A stretch of 64,000 nucleotides of DNA from an uncultured Phycisphaeraceae bacterium. GTDB lineage: Bacteria > Planctomycetota > Phycisphaerae > Phycisphaerales > Phycisphaeraceae. The stretch covers positions 12,732-76,731 of the forward strand of contig CAYRTH010000002.1 of assembly GCA_964427135.1 (NCBI GenBank), in the 5' to 3' direction. Below the pieces are notes generated by a model that saw only the letters and a program-made list of their open reading frames with translations, searched no databases and was not told the origin of the DNA. Positions 1 through 9,631 of this stretch are shown here, piece by piece. Positions within the stretch are counted from its first letter, which is position 1; every line of letters begins with the position of its first letter. A program made the position numbers and the translations under genes.

Positions 1-2
1 AG

Positions 3-308
3 AACGTGGTGGGCATTTTGAATGAGGTCAACAAGTTCAACCGCGAGATCACGCTGACCAGTGAGGTGCGACCGCTGCCTGATGGAAGCTCGGCAGAGGT
101 GGCGGCGGTGTACCTGGGCGTGGGGCAGGGGTATTACGTGAGCGCCAACGGCAACCTGGCGGGTTATGGTCGGCCCAAGACCGAGGGTTGGACCTGGACG
201 GCGGACAATGCGATTGCTCCGCAGGTGAGTCTGATGCTGGCGATCATGAAAAACGAGCAGGTGGCTTCGTTTGTTCGTCTTCCCATTGAAATTCCGCAAA
301 CCAAGTAA
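3..308 (+). CDS. DUF3450/TtpB-like periplasmic protein, C-terminal fragment (5' end outside window)
   Basis: The ORF is open to the window start. Its tail reads ...GWTWTADNAIAPQVSLMLAIMKNEQVASFVRLPIEI. It sits directly upstream of a long MotA/TolQ/ExbB gene, the TtpB slot of TonB2-type clusters. Confidence 0.5.
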   Translation, partial: NVVGILNEVNKFNREITLTSEVRPLPDGSSAEVAAVYLGVGQGYYVSANGNLAGYGRPKTEGWTWTADNAIAPQVSLMLAIMKNEQVASFVRLPIEIPQTK

Positions 309-318
309 GTGAACTGAC

Positions 319-1821
319 ATGAAAAAACTTTTTGCCAGTGTGGGTTTGATGTTGATGCTGTCGGCGATGCCGTTGGCGGTGGCAGAGGAACAGACCAAGC
401 CGACGTTCGAACAGGCGGCTGGTTCGTTACAACAACGGCTGGAGGCGAGCCTGCGCGAGTTGAGCGAGTTACGCGCCAAGTCAGCCGAGCAAATGATTCC
501 GCTGTCCAGGCAGCTTGGTGAACTGGAAAGCGAACTCACCAAAGCCCGCAGCGAGTTTCAACAGACGACGCGCATTTTGGACTCACGGACGCTGGACCTG
601 ACGAACCTGCGCAACGAGATCAAGAGCAGGCAGGATGAGACCGGTTATCTGACGACGCTGATGACCGAGTACATCCGCAATTTTGAATCAAGGCTGCACA
701 TTACGGAATTGCAGCGCTACAGGCCGCCGTTGGACACGGCCCGACTGGCGATGGAGAACACGCAACTCAACGAGTTGGAGGTGTTCAAGGCACAGTCGGC
801 TTTGTTGACGCTGTCGCTGGATCGGCTGGGGGATGCGTTGGGGGGCAAAGCATTTGAAGGACAGGCGGTGGATGCGGGGGGCATGGTCAAACCGGGGCGA
901 TTTGTGGTGGTCGGTCCGCTGGCGTTGTTTGCGTCCAACGATGGGGCGACGGTGGGCACGGCTGAGCAGCGGCTGGGGTCGTTGGAACCGACGGTGATAC
1001 CTTTCAGTGTGCCGGAGGATGCGCTGGCGGCTGGGGCGCTGGTGAAAAGCGGATCGGGGCACTTTCCGATGGACCCGACGCTGGGCAATGCGCACAAGAT
1101 CGAAGCGACTCAGGAAACATTGATGGAACACATCAAAAAGGGTGGGCCGGTGATGGTGCCCATTTTTGTGCTGGCGGGAGCGGCGCTGTTGGTGGCGCTT
1201 TACAAGTGGTTGATGCTGACGCTGCAACGTCGGCCTTCACGCAAACACATGCAGGCGTTGCTGGATGCGGTGGCCAAGCATGATGCGGGCGGGGCGATGA
1301 ATGCTGCCAAGCGCATCGGCGGACACACCGGGGCGATGCTGGTGGTGGGCGCGGAACATATCAAGGAACCGCGTGAACTGATCGAAGAAGTGATGTACGA
1401 AAAGGTGATGACCGCGAAGCTGAAGGTGACGCGATTCATACCGTTTATTGCGATTGCTGCTTCGTCCGCGCCGCTGCTAGGGCTGTTGGGCACGGTCACC
1501 GGCATCATCAACACGTTCAAGTTGATCACAGTGTTCGGCACGGGGGATGTGAAAATGCTGTCCAGCGGTATTTCGGAAGCACTGATCACCACCGAGTATG
1601 GTTTGATCGTGGCGATTCCGTCATTGCTGCTGCATGCGTTTTTGAATCGCAAGGCACGGGGCATTGTCGATGACATGGAAAAGGCAGCGGTGGCATTCGT
1701 GAATCAGGTGAGCAAGGCGGGAAGCACCCCGGCGCCAACCGTACCGCCGACCCCACCGGCGCCACCGGCTCCGACGACACCACCGCCGTCGCCATCGACA
1801 CCGGAAAGCAAAGCAGCGTGA
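319..1821 (+). CDS. Long MotA/TolQ/ExbB proton-channel protein (TtpC-like)
   Basis: 500 aa with signal peptide MKKLFASVGLMLMLSAMPLAVA and a long coiled-coil N-domain. A 3-TM ExbB core follows (APLLGLLGTVTGIINTF, SSGISEALITTEYGLIVAIP), then a Pro-rich tail. Confidence 0.8.
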   Translation: MKKLFASVGLMLMLSAMPLAVAEEQTKPTFEQAAGSLQQRLEASLRELSELRAKSAEQMIPLSRQLGELESELTKARSEFQQTTRILDSRTLDLTNLRNEIKSRQDETGYLTTLMTEYIRNFESRLHITELQRYRPPLDTARLAMENTQLNELEVFKAQSALLTLSLDRLGDALGGKAFEGQAVDAGGMVKPGRFVVVGPLALFASNDGATVGTAEQRLGSLEPTVIPFSVPEDALAAGALVKSGSGHFPMDPTLGNAHKIEATQETLMEHIKKGGPVMVPIFVLAGAALLVALYKWLMLTLQRRPSRKHMQALLDAVAKHDAGGAMNAAKRIGGHTGAMLVVGAEHIKEPRELIEEVMYEKVMTAKLKVTRFIPFIAIAASSAPLLGLLGTVTGIINTFKLITVFGTGDVKMLSSGISEALITTEYGLIVAIPSLLLHAFLNRKARGIVDDMEKAAVAFVNQVSKAGSTPAPTVPPTPPAPPAPTTPPPSPSTPESKAA

Positions 1822-1908
1822 TGGGGTTGGTATGGCTGCAGGGATGCGTAAGTTTGCTGGCGGAAAGCGTGAGTGATGACGGGTGGAAGTCGGCGTGTTG
1901 GAAACGAT

Positions 1909-2658
1909 ATGAATCATTGGATGTTACAACTTCAATCGTTGTGGGAGCAGGCGTGGGTGCTGTGGCTGTCGGGCGGCTGGGCCATGCCCGCGATCGCGCT
2001 GACGGCGGTGGTGATGTTCGGCATCGGGGTGCACTTGCAGCTTAAGTTTTTCAGCAAGGGTTTTTTGAATGTGCCGGAGAAGACCTGGCGGCACTGGATT
2101 GATCACCCGCAGGAACGCAGCGGGCCGATCGGCGAGATGCTGGAGTTTGTGACCGGGGCGCATACGCTGCGGGAAATGAGCGTGGCGTTTGAAGAATTGC
2201 GGACGACGGAGATTGCCCCGCTGACGCGCGATTTGAAGGTGATGAAAATATGTGTCGGGGTGGCGCCATTGCTGGGGCTTTTGGGCACGGTGACGGGCAT
2301 GATCACGACGTTCGGGGCGCTGTCATCAGGGTCGGGGGGTGAGAAGACGATGACGCTGGTGGCATCGGGTATTTCGGAGGCGTTGATCACGACGATGACG
2401 GGTTTGGTGATTGCCCTGCCGGGGTTGTTTTTTCAGTATCAACTGGCACGCAAGCACGATCGCTACAAAGCGTTTTTGATGCACTTGGAAACGGTGTGTA
2501 CGCAGCGGCTGTATCGGCGCATGAAGGCGATGGAAAAGCTGGCAGCCAGGCATTCATCGCCATCGTCATCATCGGGTTCGGGTTCGGCGTCGTCGCCGGG
2601 AGCGTCGGTGAGCGCGGAGGCGACCGGTACTTCGCCGATGAAACCCAGTGGCGCATGA
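1909..2658 (+). CDS. exbB: ExbB/TolQ-family proton channel
   Basis: Core motifs APLLGLLGTVTGMITTF and ASGISEALITTMTGLVIALP are present. The ATG at 1909 is preferred over the ORF-track start at 1873. Confidence 0.85.
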   Translation: MNHWMLQLQSLWEQAWVLWLSGGWAMPAIALTAVVMFGIGVHLQLKFFSKGFLNVPEKTWRHWIDHPQERSGPIGEMLEFVTGAHTLREMSVAFEELRTTEIAPLTRDLKVMKICVGVAPLLGLLGTVTGMITTFGALSSGSGGEKTMTLVASGISEALITTMTGLVIALPGLFFQYQLARKHDRYKAFLMHLETVCTQRLYRRMKAMEKLAARHSSPSSSSGSGSASSPGASVSAEATGTSPMKPSGA

Positions 2659-2733
2659 GTCGGAGCGATGTCGAAAAATGTAAAGATCAAGCTGTGACAC
2701 GATAGCAAAGCAGGGTATCGACGGGAGTTTGAT

Positions 2734-3147
2734 ATGGGACGTTTTCGAGATTCAGGCGCGGATGACAGCGGTGAAGCGGGCATTGACATGTCGCCGCTGA
2801 TCGACTGCGTGTTCATTCTGCTGATTTTTTTCATTGTGACGACGGTGTTCGTGGAAGAGACGGGCGTGGAGGTGGACAAACCGCAGGCAGCGTCGGCGGC
2901 GCAGCTGGAAAAGACCAGCATATTGATTGCGCTCACGAGCAAGGGTGAAGTGGTGTACGGGGGGCGTGAGATTGGAATCAGCGGGGTGCAGCCGTTGGTG
3001 AAGCGGATGCTGCAAAAGGAAAACGTGCCGGTGATCATTCAGGCGGATGCCGCGAGTCAGTCGGGTTTGCTGGTGCGAATTATTGATGAAGCGAAGCTGG
3101 CGGGTGCGGAGAAGGTGAGTTTGGCGAGCTTGCCGCCCAAGCGATGA
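2734..3147 (+). CDS. exbD: ExbD/TolR biopolymer transport protein
   Basis: 137 aa with a single N-terminal TM segment ([19 protein letters not shown]) and a typical ExbD periplasmic domain. Confidence 0.85.
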   Translation: MGRFRDSGADDSGEAGIDMSPLIDCVFILLIFFIVTTVFVEETGVEVDKPQAASAAQLEKTSILIALTSKGEVVYGGREIGISGVQPLVKRMLQKENVPVIIQADAASQSGLLVRIIDEAKLAGAEKVSLASLPPKR

Positions 3148-3157
3148 AAGTCAAAGC

Positions 3158-3832
3158 GTGAAACAGCGAAAAGCGACCCATTTTTTGAAGGCTTTGTTGC
3201 ACCGCGTGCTGGTGGTGGTGGGTGCATTGGGTTTGACGCTGCTGTTTTTCATGGTGTTGCCGTTGATGCAGAGTATCAGTGGCGGGCCCCAGGCCGACAC
3301 GATGGTGACGACGGTGGATGTAACGGATGTACCACCCCCGCCCCCGCCGCCGGAGGAGGAGCCACCCAAGCCGGAGGAGCCGCCACAGGAACCGCCGGAG
3401 TTGCAGGAACCGATGGAGCAGCGGCTGGATTTGTCGCAGTTGGAGTTGGCATTGAACCCGGGTGGGTTTGGCGACGGGTCGTTTGGCGGTGATTTTGCGG
3501 TGAAGCTGAACACGGTGACGGCTTCGAAGGCGGAAGATGTCGATGCGTTGTTTTCGTTGTCGGATTTGGATCAGCAGCCACGGATTGTGTATCAGCCCGG
3601 GCCGACGATCGATGCGACCATTCGGCGGAAAGCCCCGGGTACGGTGCACATTATTTTCATTGTGGACCAGCGCGGCCGGGTGGAGAACCCGATCGTGCAA
3701 CAATCGACGGACCCGATTTTTGACAAGCCCGCATTGGCGGCTGTTCGGCAGTGGAAATTTGAACCAGGCAAGCGTCAGGGCCAGCCGGTGCGATTCCGCA
3801 TGCGTGTCCCCATTACATTCCCGAAAGATTAA
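3158..3832 (+). CDS. tonB: TonB-family energy transducer
   Basis: GTG start, TM anchor and Pro/Glu spacer PPPPPPPEEEPPKPEEPPQEPPE. The C-terminal TonB domain reads ...AAVRQWKFEPGKRQGQPVRFRMRVPITF. Confidence 0.85.
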   Translation: MKQRKATHFLKALLHRVLVVVGALGLTLLFFMVLPLMQSISGGPQADTMVTTVDVTDVPPPPPPPEEEPPKPEEPPQEPPELQEPMEQRLDLSQLELALNPGGFGDGSFGGDFAVKLNTVTASKAEDVDALFSLSDLDQQPRIVYQPGPTIDATIRRKAPGTVHIIFIVDQRGRVENPIVQQSTDPIFDKPALAAVRQWKFEPGKRQGQPVRFRMRVPITFPKD

Positions 3833-3838
3833 AGCATC

Positions 3839-5380
3839 ATGAAACGATTGGCATTAAGCGTGTTGTTGGTCGGCATGGGCGTGAGCACCGTGAGCGAATC
3901 GGTGCGGGCGCAGGGTTCGCCTTCATCGGTAACGCCCGCAGCGGCATCGGCGCAAGGGCAGCAGCCCGACGGCGGTGCGGTGGCGGCGGGGGCGTGGTGG
4001 AAGGAATCGCCCCCGGCTGGTGTGGCGGCAGAAGGCACGGTGACGAGTGCGGCTGCGAGTGTGAACAGCGCCAGTCGTGGTGGCGAGTCATTGGATATGT
4101 CAGCGATCATGCGCTCGGCGGAGTTTCAAAAACAACTGGCGGAAAGCTACCTTTCAGAAACCGACGTCGAACCGCGCGTGTCCGTGAAGGAACGCGAAAC
4201 GATGATCAAGGTGATGGAGTTCATCGCCGGGAATCAGATGCCCCAGGCGATTGAATTGCTGGAAAAAAGTCGGGGCGAAGCGGTGAGCGCGGTGTTTGAT
4301 TTCACGCTGGCGAATGTGCATTTTCAGCGCGAGGAATATGAACCGGCGGCGGCGGCGTATGCGGTGGCAGTGAAAAAATTCCCCAAATTTCGCCGGGCAT
4401 GGCGGAACCTGGGTTTGATTTACATGCGGTTGAATCAGTTCGACAAGGCGATACCGGCCCTGACCAAGATGGTCGAACAGGGCGGGGGTGACGGGCTGGC
4501 GTTTGGGCTGCTGGGGTTTGCCTATGCATCGCTGGAGAATCAACTGGCGGCGGAGTCGGCTTACCGCATGGCGATATTGCTGGACCCGGGCACGCTGGAT
4601 TGGAAGATGGGTTTGGTGCGCAGCTTTTACAAACAAGAGCGGTGGCACGATGTAATCGCGCTGGTGGGCAAACTGATCAACGACAACCCGCAGCGCGGCG
4701 ACTTGTGGCTGCTGCAGGCCAATGCGTATATCGGTTTGAATCAACCGATGCGGGCGGCGGAAAACTATGAAATTATGGATCAGATGGGTCAATCGACGCT
4801 GGCGAGTTTGATGATGCTGGCGGACATTTACATCAACGAGGGGTTGTACGGGCAGGCGGTGGATGTGTATATCAAGGCAATGGCGCTGGACCCGAAAGTG
4901 AAACCCGAGCGTGCGGTGCGGGCGGCCAAAGTGCTCACGGCTCGGGGGGCGCTGGACGATACCCGTCGATTGCTGGATTACATTGATCAACACCATGCAG
5001 AACAGTTCAGTGCTGACGAACGCAAGGATGTTTTGAAGTTGCGGGCACGCCTGGCGGTGGCACAGGGTGCGGGCGAGGAAGAATCGCGATTGCTGGAAGA
5101 AATTGTGAAACTGGACCCGCTGGATGGGGAAGCGTTGATTTTGTTGGGTCAGTACAAGTTGCGTGCGGGGGACCGGGACCAGGCGATTTTTTACTTTGAA
5201 CGGGCGGCAGCGATGGAAAAGTTTGAAGCGGATGCGAAGGTTCGACATGCACAGCTGCTGGTGCGCGAGGGCAAGTATGACCAGGCCCTGCCGTTGTTGC
5301 GAAGGGCGCAACAGGTCAACCCGCGCGAAAACATTCAGACCTACCTCGAACAAATTGAACGGGTGGCCCGCGGTCGGTAG
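3839..5380 (+). CDS. TPR-repeat protein in the TtpD position of a TonB2-type cluster
   Basis: Signal peptide MKRLALSVLLVGMGVSTVSESVRAQG followed by a run of TPR-like helices. It directly follows tonB. Confidence 0.6.
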   Translation: MKRLALSVLLVGMGVSTVSESVRAQGSPSSVTPAAASAQGQQPDGGAVAAGAWWKESPPAGVAAEGTVTSAAASVNSASRGGESLDMSAIMRSAEFQKQLAESYLSETDVEPRVSVKERETMIKVMEFIAGNQMPQAIELLEKSRGEAVSAVFDFTLANVHFQREEYEPAAAAYAVAVKKFPKFRRAWRNLGLIYMRLNQFDKAIPALTKMVEQGGGDGLAFGLLGFAYASLENQLAAESAYRMAILLDPGTLDWKMGLVRSFYKQERWHDVIALVGKLINDNPQRGDLWLLQANAYIGLNQPMRAAENYEIMDQMGQSTLASLMMLADIYINEGLYGQAVDVYIKAMALDPKVKPERAVRAAKVLTARGALDDTRRLLDYIDQHHAEQFSADERKDVLKLRARLAVAQGAGEEESRLLEEIVKLDPLDGEALILLGQYKLRAGDRDQAIFYFERAAAMEKFEADAKVRHAQLLVREGKYDQALPLLRRAQQVNPRENIQTYLEQIERVARGR

Positions 5381-5458
5381 CGACAGCCAACCACTCAGAA
5401 GCGCCCCAGGGGACCGTCGGCGGCGCGGGTACGAAAGATCGAGGGGTTGGAGAAAGTC

Positions 5459-7738
5459 ATGAACGGAAAATTCACATCATTTTCACGCTGCCTGCTGGGG
5501 GCGGCGTGTTTGTATTTGGGCAGCATGGGGGTGTGGGCGCAGGGAACGACAACGCCCAGCGATGAAGGAACGACACCAGCGCAGCAGGGCATGGTGACGC
5601 TCAACTTCCCGGAAAATGTCGATTTGCGGGTGTTGGTGGATTACGTCGGTAAACGACTAAACATCAATTTTGTGTTTGATGAAACGGTGGGGGCACGCAA
5701 GGTGACGCTGAAGGTTCCGGCGGCGATACCGTCGGACATGCTGATGACACTGCTGGAAAGTGTTTTGAAGATGCATGGGTTGGTGGCGGTGCAGACGGAA
5801 GTGCCGGGGCTGATGCGGGTGGAAAACGTCAAGCAACTGACGACGATCGCGGTCGGGCCGGGGACGACGGGGGATGTTCGACTGACGCAGCCGGTGACGC
5901 GGGTGTTTGAATTACGACATGCGCCGACGGCACAGATGCAGCAGTTGGTGACGCCGTATTTGTCGAGCAATTTGGCGAGTGTAACGGTATTGGCGGATCG
6001 GGGGCTGGTGATGGTGACGGATTATGCGGGGAACGTGGCGCGGATTGAGCAATTGATGAGTGTGATTGATCGGCCGAGGCGTGAAGTGGCGGTGCGTCAG
6101 ATAGCGGTGGTGCACACGGAGGCGGCGGGGCTGGCGCAACGGGTGACGCAGGTGATCAGCAGCAAGGCCAAGGCTCAGGGGGGCGATGCCCCGGGGGCGG
6201 GAGCGACGACATTGTCGGTGTTGCCGGATGAAAGGACCAATCAACTGACGGTGGTGGGTTTGCCGGGCGAGGTGGAAGAAGTGGTTGAGTTGATTCGTTC
6301 GATGGATGTGTCGCTGGGGTTGGAGACGAAGGTGTATGCGTTGACCACGGCTGCGCCGGAACAGGTGGATCGATTGGTGAAAAGTTTGATTGGTGAGCTG
6401 ACAGCAAAACGGTTGTATCAGTCGGCGACGGATCGGGAGGCGAATTTGTTGATTGCGACGACGACGGCGCAGGTGCATGAGCGGATTGCGGGGATGCTGG
6501 AGGTGCTGGATAAGCCGGTGGCCGAAGCGCAAAGCCCGATACGGTTTTACAAGTTGGAAAATGCAAAAGCGCTGGATGTGCTGAGCACGTTACAGGATAT
6601 CGAGGGCGAGGGCTTGGCGGGGGTGAGTTTGGACGGAGCGACCACAGCAGGGGAAGGTGTGACAAGTGGGCAGCGCGAACGTACACAAGCTGCGGATCGA
6701 GTATTCATTGATGGACCGACGCAGGAGAGCCTTAACACCCCAGGCCTTGGGGCGACGGATGCGGGGAAGGACGGTCAACGGCGAGGTGGCGGGCGATCGG
6801 TGCAGTTGCGTGATGCGCGGTTGATTGCGGATGAAGCGACGAACACGATCATCATGATTGCGCCGCCGTCGATGCACGCGGTGTATGAAAAGTTGATTCA
6901 GCGATTGGATGTGCGTCGGCCACAGGTGCTGGTGGATGTGACGATTGTGGTGTTGGATACGAGCGACAATTTTTCACTGGGGGTGGAAATCAAGCGCAGG
7001 GACGGTGTGGACGGGGGGAACTTGCTGAATTTCACATCGTTTGGGTTGAGTACGAGGAACCCGCCGGGGACCGGGGCGCTGACATTGCAGCCGGGGCTTG
7101 GTTTTACCGGGGCGCTGATCAGTGCGGACATTGCGGAGGTGGTGATTCGGGCGCTGGAATCGGACAGCAGGGCGAGGGTGCTTTCGAGGCCGAGCATTTT
7201 GGTGAACGATAATGCGACGGGTTCGCTGGTGAGCGAGAATGAGGAGCCGTTCACGACGTTGATTGCGACGGGTGAGGCGTCGAGGGAGGGGTTTGGTGGG
7301 TTTGTGAAAGCGGGGACGAACCTGACGATCACGCCACAGATCAGCGAAGGCGATTATTTGAAGCTGGAATACGAAGCGACACTGAGCAGTTTCAGCAGTG
7401 AGGGATCGGAGACGCTGCCACCGGCCAGGCAGAGCAACACGCTTAAAAGCGTGGCGACGATACCGGACGGGTACACGATCGTGGTGGGCGGACTGACGCG
7501 CGAGAATTTGTCGGAGTCGGTGGACCGTGTGCCGATTTTGGGGCGCATTCCGCTGGTGGAATATTTGTTTTCCAATCGCAGTAAGGAAGCGCGACAGGCG
7601 ACGCTTTTTGTGTTCATTCGTCCGGTGATTTTGCGGGATGACAAGTTCAAGCACCTGAAAATATTGTCAAGCCAGGCAGCAACCCAGGCGCAACTGTTGA
7701 GTGATTTTCCGACCAGTGAGCCGGCGGCGGTGAGGTAA
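5459..7738 (+). CDS. gspD: Type II secretion system secretin GspD
   Basis: Signal peptide, N-domain repeats and the secretin C-terminal motif VPILGRIPLVEYLFSNRSKEARQATLFVFIRPVIL. A GGAGA sits upstream of the ATG at 5459; the ORF track begins at a TTG at 5447. Confidence 0.9.
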   Translation: MNGKFTSFSRCLLGAACLYLGSMGVWAQGTTTPSDEGTTPAQQGMVTLNFPENVDLRVLVDYVGKRLNINFVFDETVGARKVTLKVPAAIPSDMLMTLLESVLKMHGLVAVQTEVPGLMRVENVKQLTTIAVGPGTTGDVRLTQPVTRVFELRHAPTAQMQQLVTPYLSSNLASVTVLADRGLVMVTDYAGNVARIEQLMSVIDRPRREVAVRQIAVVHTEAAGLAQRVTQVISSKAKAQGGDAPGAGATTLSVLPDERTNQLTVVGLPGEVEEVVELIRSMDVSLGLETKVYALTTAAPEQVDRLVKSLIGELTAKRLYQSATDREANLLIATTTAQVHERIAGMLEVLDKPVAEAQSPIRFYKLENAKALDVLSTLQDIEGEGLAGVSLDGATTAGEGVTSGQRERTQAADRVFIDGPTQESLNTPGLGATDAGKDGQRRGGGRSVQLRDARLIADEATNTIIMIAPPSMHAVYEKLIQRLDVRRPQVLVDVTIVVLDTSDNFSLGVEIKRRDGVDGGNLLNFTSFGLSTRNPPGTGALTLQPGLGFTGALISADIAEVVIRALESDSRARVLSRPSILVNDNATGSLVSENEEPFTTLIATGEASREGFGGFVKAGTNLTITPQISEGDYLKLEYEATLSSFSSEGSETLPPARQSNTLKSVATIPDGYTIVVGGLTRENLSESVDRVPILGRIPLVEYLFSNRSKEARQATLFVFIRPVILRDDKFKHLKILSSQAATQAQLLSDFPTSEPAAVR

Positions 7739-7747
7739 TACGATGAA

Positions 7748-7801
7748 GTGGCCGAGTGGCCGAGTGGCCGAGTGGCCGAGTGGCCGAGTGGCCGAGTGGC
7801 C
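7748..7801. repeat. Tandem 8-mer array (GTGGCCGA) x about 6.75
   Basis: Read directly from the sequence. It starts 10 nt after the gspD stop codon. Confidence 0.9.
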
Positions 7802-7865
7802 AAATGAAATGTGATGCAGGATGTGAAGGTCATGATGCACAGGGCTGCAATGAAGGAAAAGAAAA

Positions 7866-7980
7866 CCGGGGCTAAAGCCCTCGGCGTCAATGAATGAAAA
7901 GACGATGACGGTTTGGCTGAAGCCCTCGGCGTCAATCAAGGGAATGACGGTGAAGGCCTAGGCCAAGCCCTCGGCGTCAA
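7866..7980. repeat. Three direct copies of AAGCCCTCGGCGTCAA at an exact 45-bp period (degenerate short hairpins of the TGACGCCG family)
   Basis: Copies start at 7875, 7920 and 7965. The inter-copy segments resemble each other (gaatgacgg...). Confidence 0.85.
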
Positions 7981-8041
7981 GCAGTGAAAGCACAATGTGT
8001 ACATGGGCTGATGATGGCGGCATCAACAGGTGATATTTGTG

Positions 8042-9631
8042 ATGAAGGCAGCGGCGGACAACTTGCAGTCGGAGACATCGACCCCGGCACCGTCAGTGTC
8101 AACGGAGGGGGTGGCGATGGACTTGGCGAAGCTGCAACCATCGGCGAGCTTTGTGCAGAAGGTGCCGATTCATTTTGCGCGGAGTAAAAAGGTGTTGGGG
8201 TTGGCCAGTGACAACGGGCATGTGCTGGTGGCGATGACGAACCCGAATGATGCGCAGACGCTGGATGTATTGCGTCGTCGGCTGGGGGGTGTGGTGAAGG
8301 TGGTGGCGGTGGATGAAAAAAACCTGCATGCAGCGATCAACGTGGCCTATGGGCAGCAGACAGGCGCGGCGCAGGCATTTGTGGAGAAATTGGATCGGCA
8401 GCAGGTGATGGAGGAAGTGCAGGGATTGGCGGCGCGGGAGGATTTGCTGAACGTGGCGGATCGTGCGCCGGTAATCAAACTGGTGAACCTGATTTTGTTT
8501 GAAGCGGTGCAGCAGGAGGCATCGGACATTCATGTTCAGCCGTATGAGGATAAGTTGATGGTTCGGCTGCGGATGGACGGGGTGTTGTTTGATGTGTTTA
8601 CGTTGCCGGGGGGAGTGAGAGAGGAAGTGACCAGTCGCGTGAAAGTGATGGGGAAGATGAACATTGCGGAAAAGCGGCTGCCGCAGGACGGACGGGCGAC
8701 GGTGCAGGTGGGGGATCGGGTGATTGATTTGCGGATATCGTCGGTGCCGGCGAGTCACGGGGAGCGGGTGGTGATTCGGTTGCTGGATAAAAGTGCGCGG
8801 TTGTACACGCTCAATGAGTTGGGGATGGATGCGCGGGCGCACGATCGGTTTGCGCGACTGATCGGGGTGGAACATGGGTTGATATTGGTGACCGGGCCGA
8901 CGGGTTCGGGAAAGTCAACGACGTTGTATGCGTCGCTGGGTCAGATCAATTCGAAGCAGCACAACATCATCACGCTGGAAGACCCGATCGAATATCAGTT
9001 GGATGGCATCAGCCAGATTCAGATCAGTGACAAAAAGGGGATGACGTTTGCCAGCGGGTTGAGGAGTGTGCTGCGGCAGGACCCGGACATTGTAATGATC
9101 GGGGAAATACGTGATCACGAGACGGCGGTGTTGGCGATTCAAGCGGCGCTGACGGGGCATTTGGTGTTCAGCACGTTGCATACCAATGATGCGGCGAGTG
9201 CGGTGACGAGGCTGCTGGATTTGGGGATTGAGCCGTATTTGGTGAGTAGTTCGCTGGTGGGGGTGCTGGCACAACGATTGGTGCGCAAAGTGTGTCGGCA
9301 ATGCGGGCAGAAGTATGAGCCGACGGAGGCGGAGTTGGCAGCGTTGCATTATCAGCCGGGGGCGGAGGAATTGGAAAAATATCGGAAAGGAATGGGTTGC
9401 AAGGCATGTCGCGGGACGGGGTATCACGGGCGGATCGGTTGTTTTGAATTGCTGATGATGGATGATCGAATTCGCGGGCTGGTGCAGGCACGGGAGACGG
9501 CCTCGGCGATCAACCGGGCGGCAGTGGAAGCGGGTATGCATCATTTGTCGGATGACGGGTTGGCGAAGGTGGCGAAGGGATTAACGACACTGGATGAAGT
9601 GATGCGAGTGTCGATGCGGGGGGTGATGTGA
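8042..9631 (+). CDS. gspE: Type II secretion ATPase GspE
   Basis: Contains Walker A GPTGSGKST, a T2SE N-domain and the tetracysteine motif CRQCGQ...CKACRGTG. The ATG at 8042 lies inside the ORF-track frame that starts at 8030. Confidence 0.9.
   Translation: MKAAADNLQSETSTPAPSVSTEGVAMDLAKLQPSASFVQKVPIHFARSKKVLGLASDNGHVLVAMTNPNDAQTLDVLRRRLGGVVKVVAVDEKNLHAAINVAYGQQTGAAQAFVEKLDRQQVMEEVQGLAAREDLLNVADRAPVIKLVNLILFEAVQQEASDIHVQPYEDKLMVRLRMDGVLFDVFTLPGGVREEVTSRVKVMGKMNIAEKRLPQDGRATVQVGDRVIDLRISSVPASHGERVVIRLLDKSARLYTLNELGMDARAHDRFARLIGVEHGLILVTGPTGSGKSTTLYASLGQINSKQHNIITLEDPIEYQLDGISQIQISDKKGMTFASGLRSVLRQDPDIVMIGEIRDHETAVLAIQAALTGHLVFSTLHTNDAASAVTRLLDLGIEPYLVSSSLVGVLAQRLVRKVCRQCGQKYEPTEAELAALHYQPGAEELEKYRKGMGCKACRGTGYHGRIGCFELLMMDDRIRGLVQARETASAINRAAVEAGMHHLSDDGLAKVAKGLTTLDEVMRVSMRGVM

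Noticed and set aside
4154-5353. Long antisense ORFs. Examples: 688-1227, 4154-5353 (399 aa), 8099-8875, 12325-13050, 13742-14572, 16324-17187, 22257-23147 and 37118-37768. Further examples: 42382-43221, 43897-44814, 48364-49098, 58637-59599, 59753-60850 and 62778-63638.
   Set aside because: Each lies opposite a gene with strong family motifs. Their translations are dominated by R/H/P/Q/G runs typical of the antisense frames of high-GC coding DNA, and they have no recognisable domains or start contexts.
7748-7980. Possible CRISPR array: regularly spaced 16-nt repeats at a 45-bp period plus an 8-mer array.
   Set aside because: The repeats are too short (8 and 16 nt). The 'spacers' resemble one another. 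Only about 3 units are present, no cas genes are nearby, and the repeat is half of a dispersed palindromic element.
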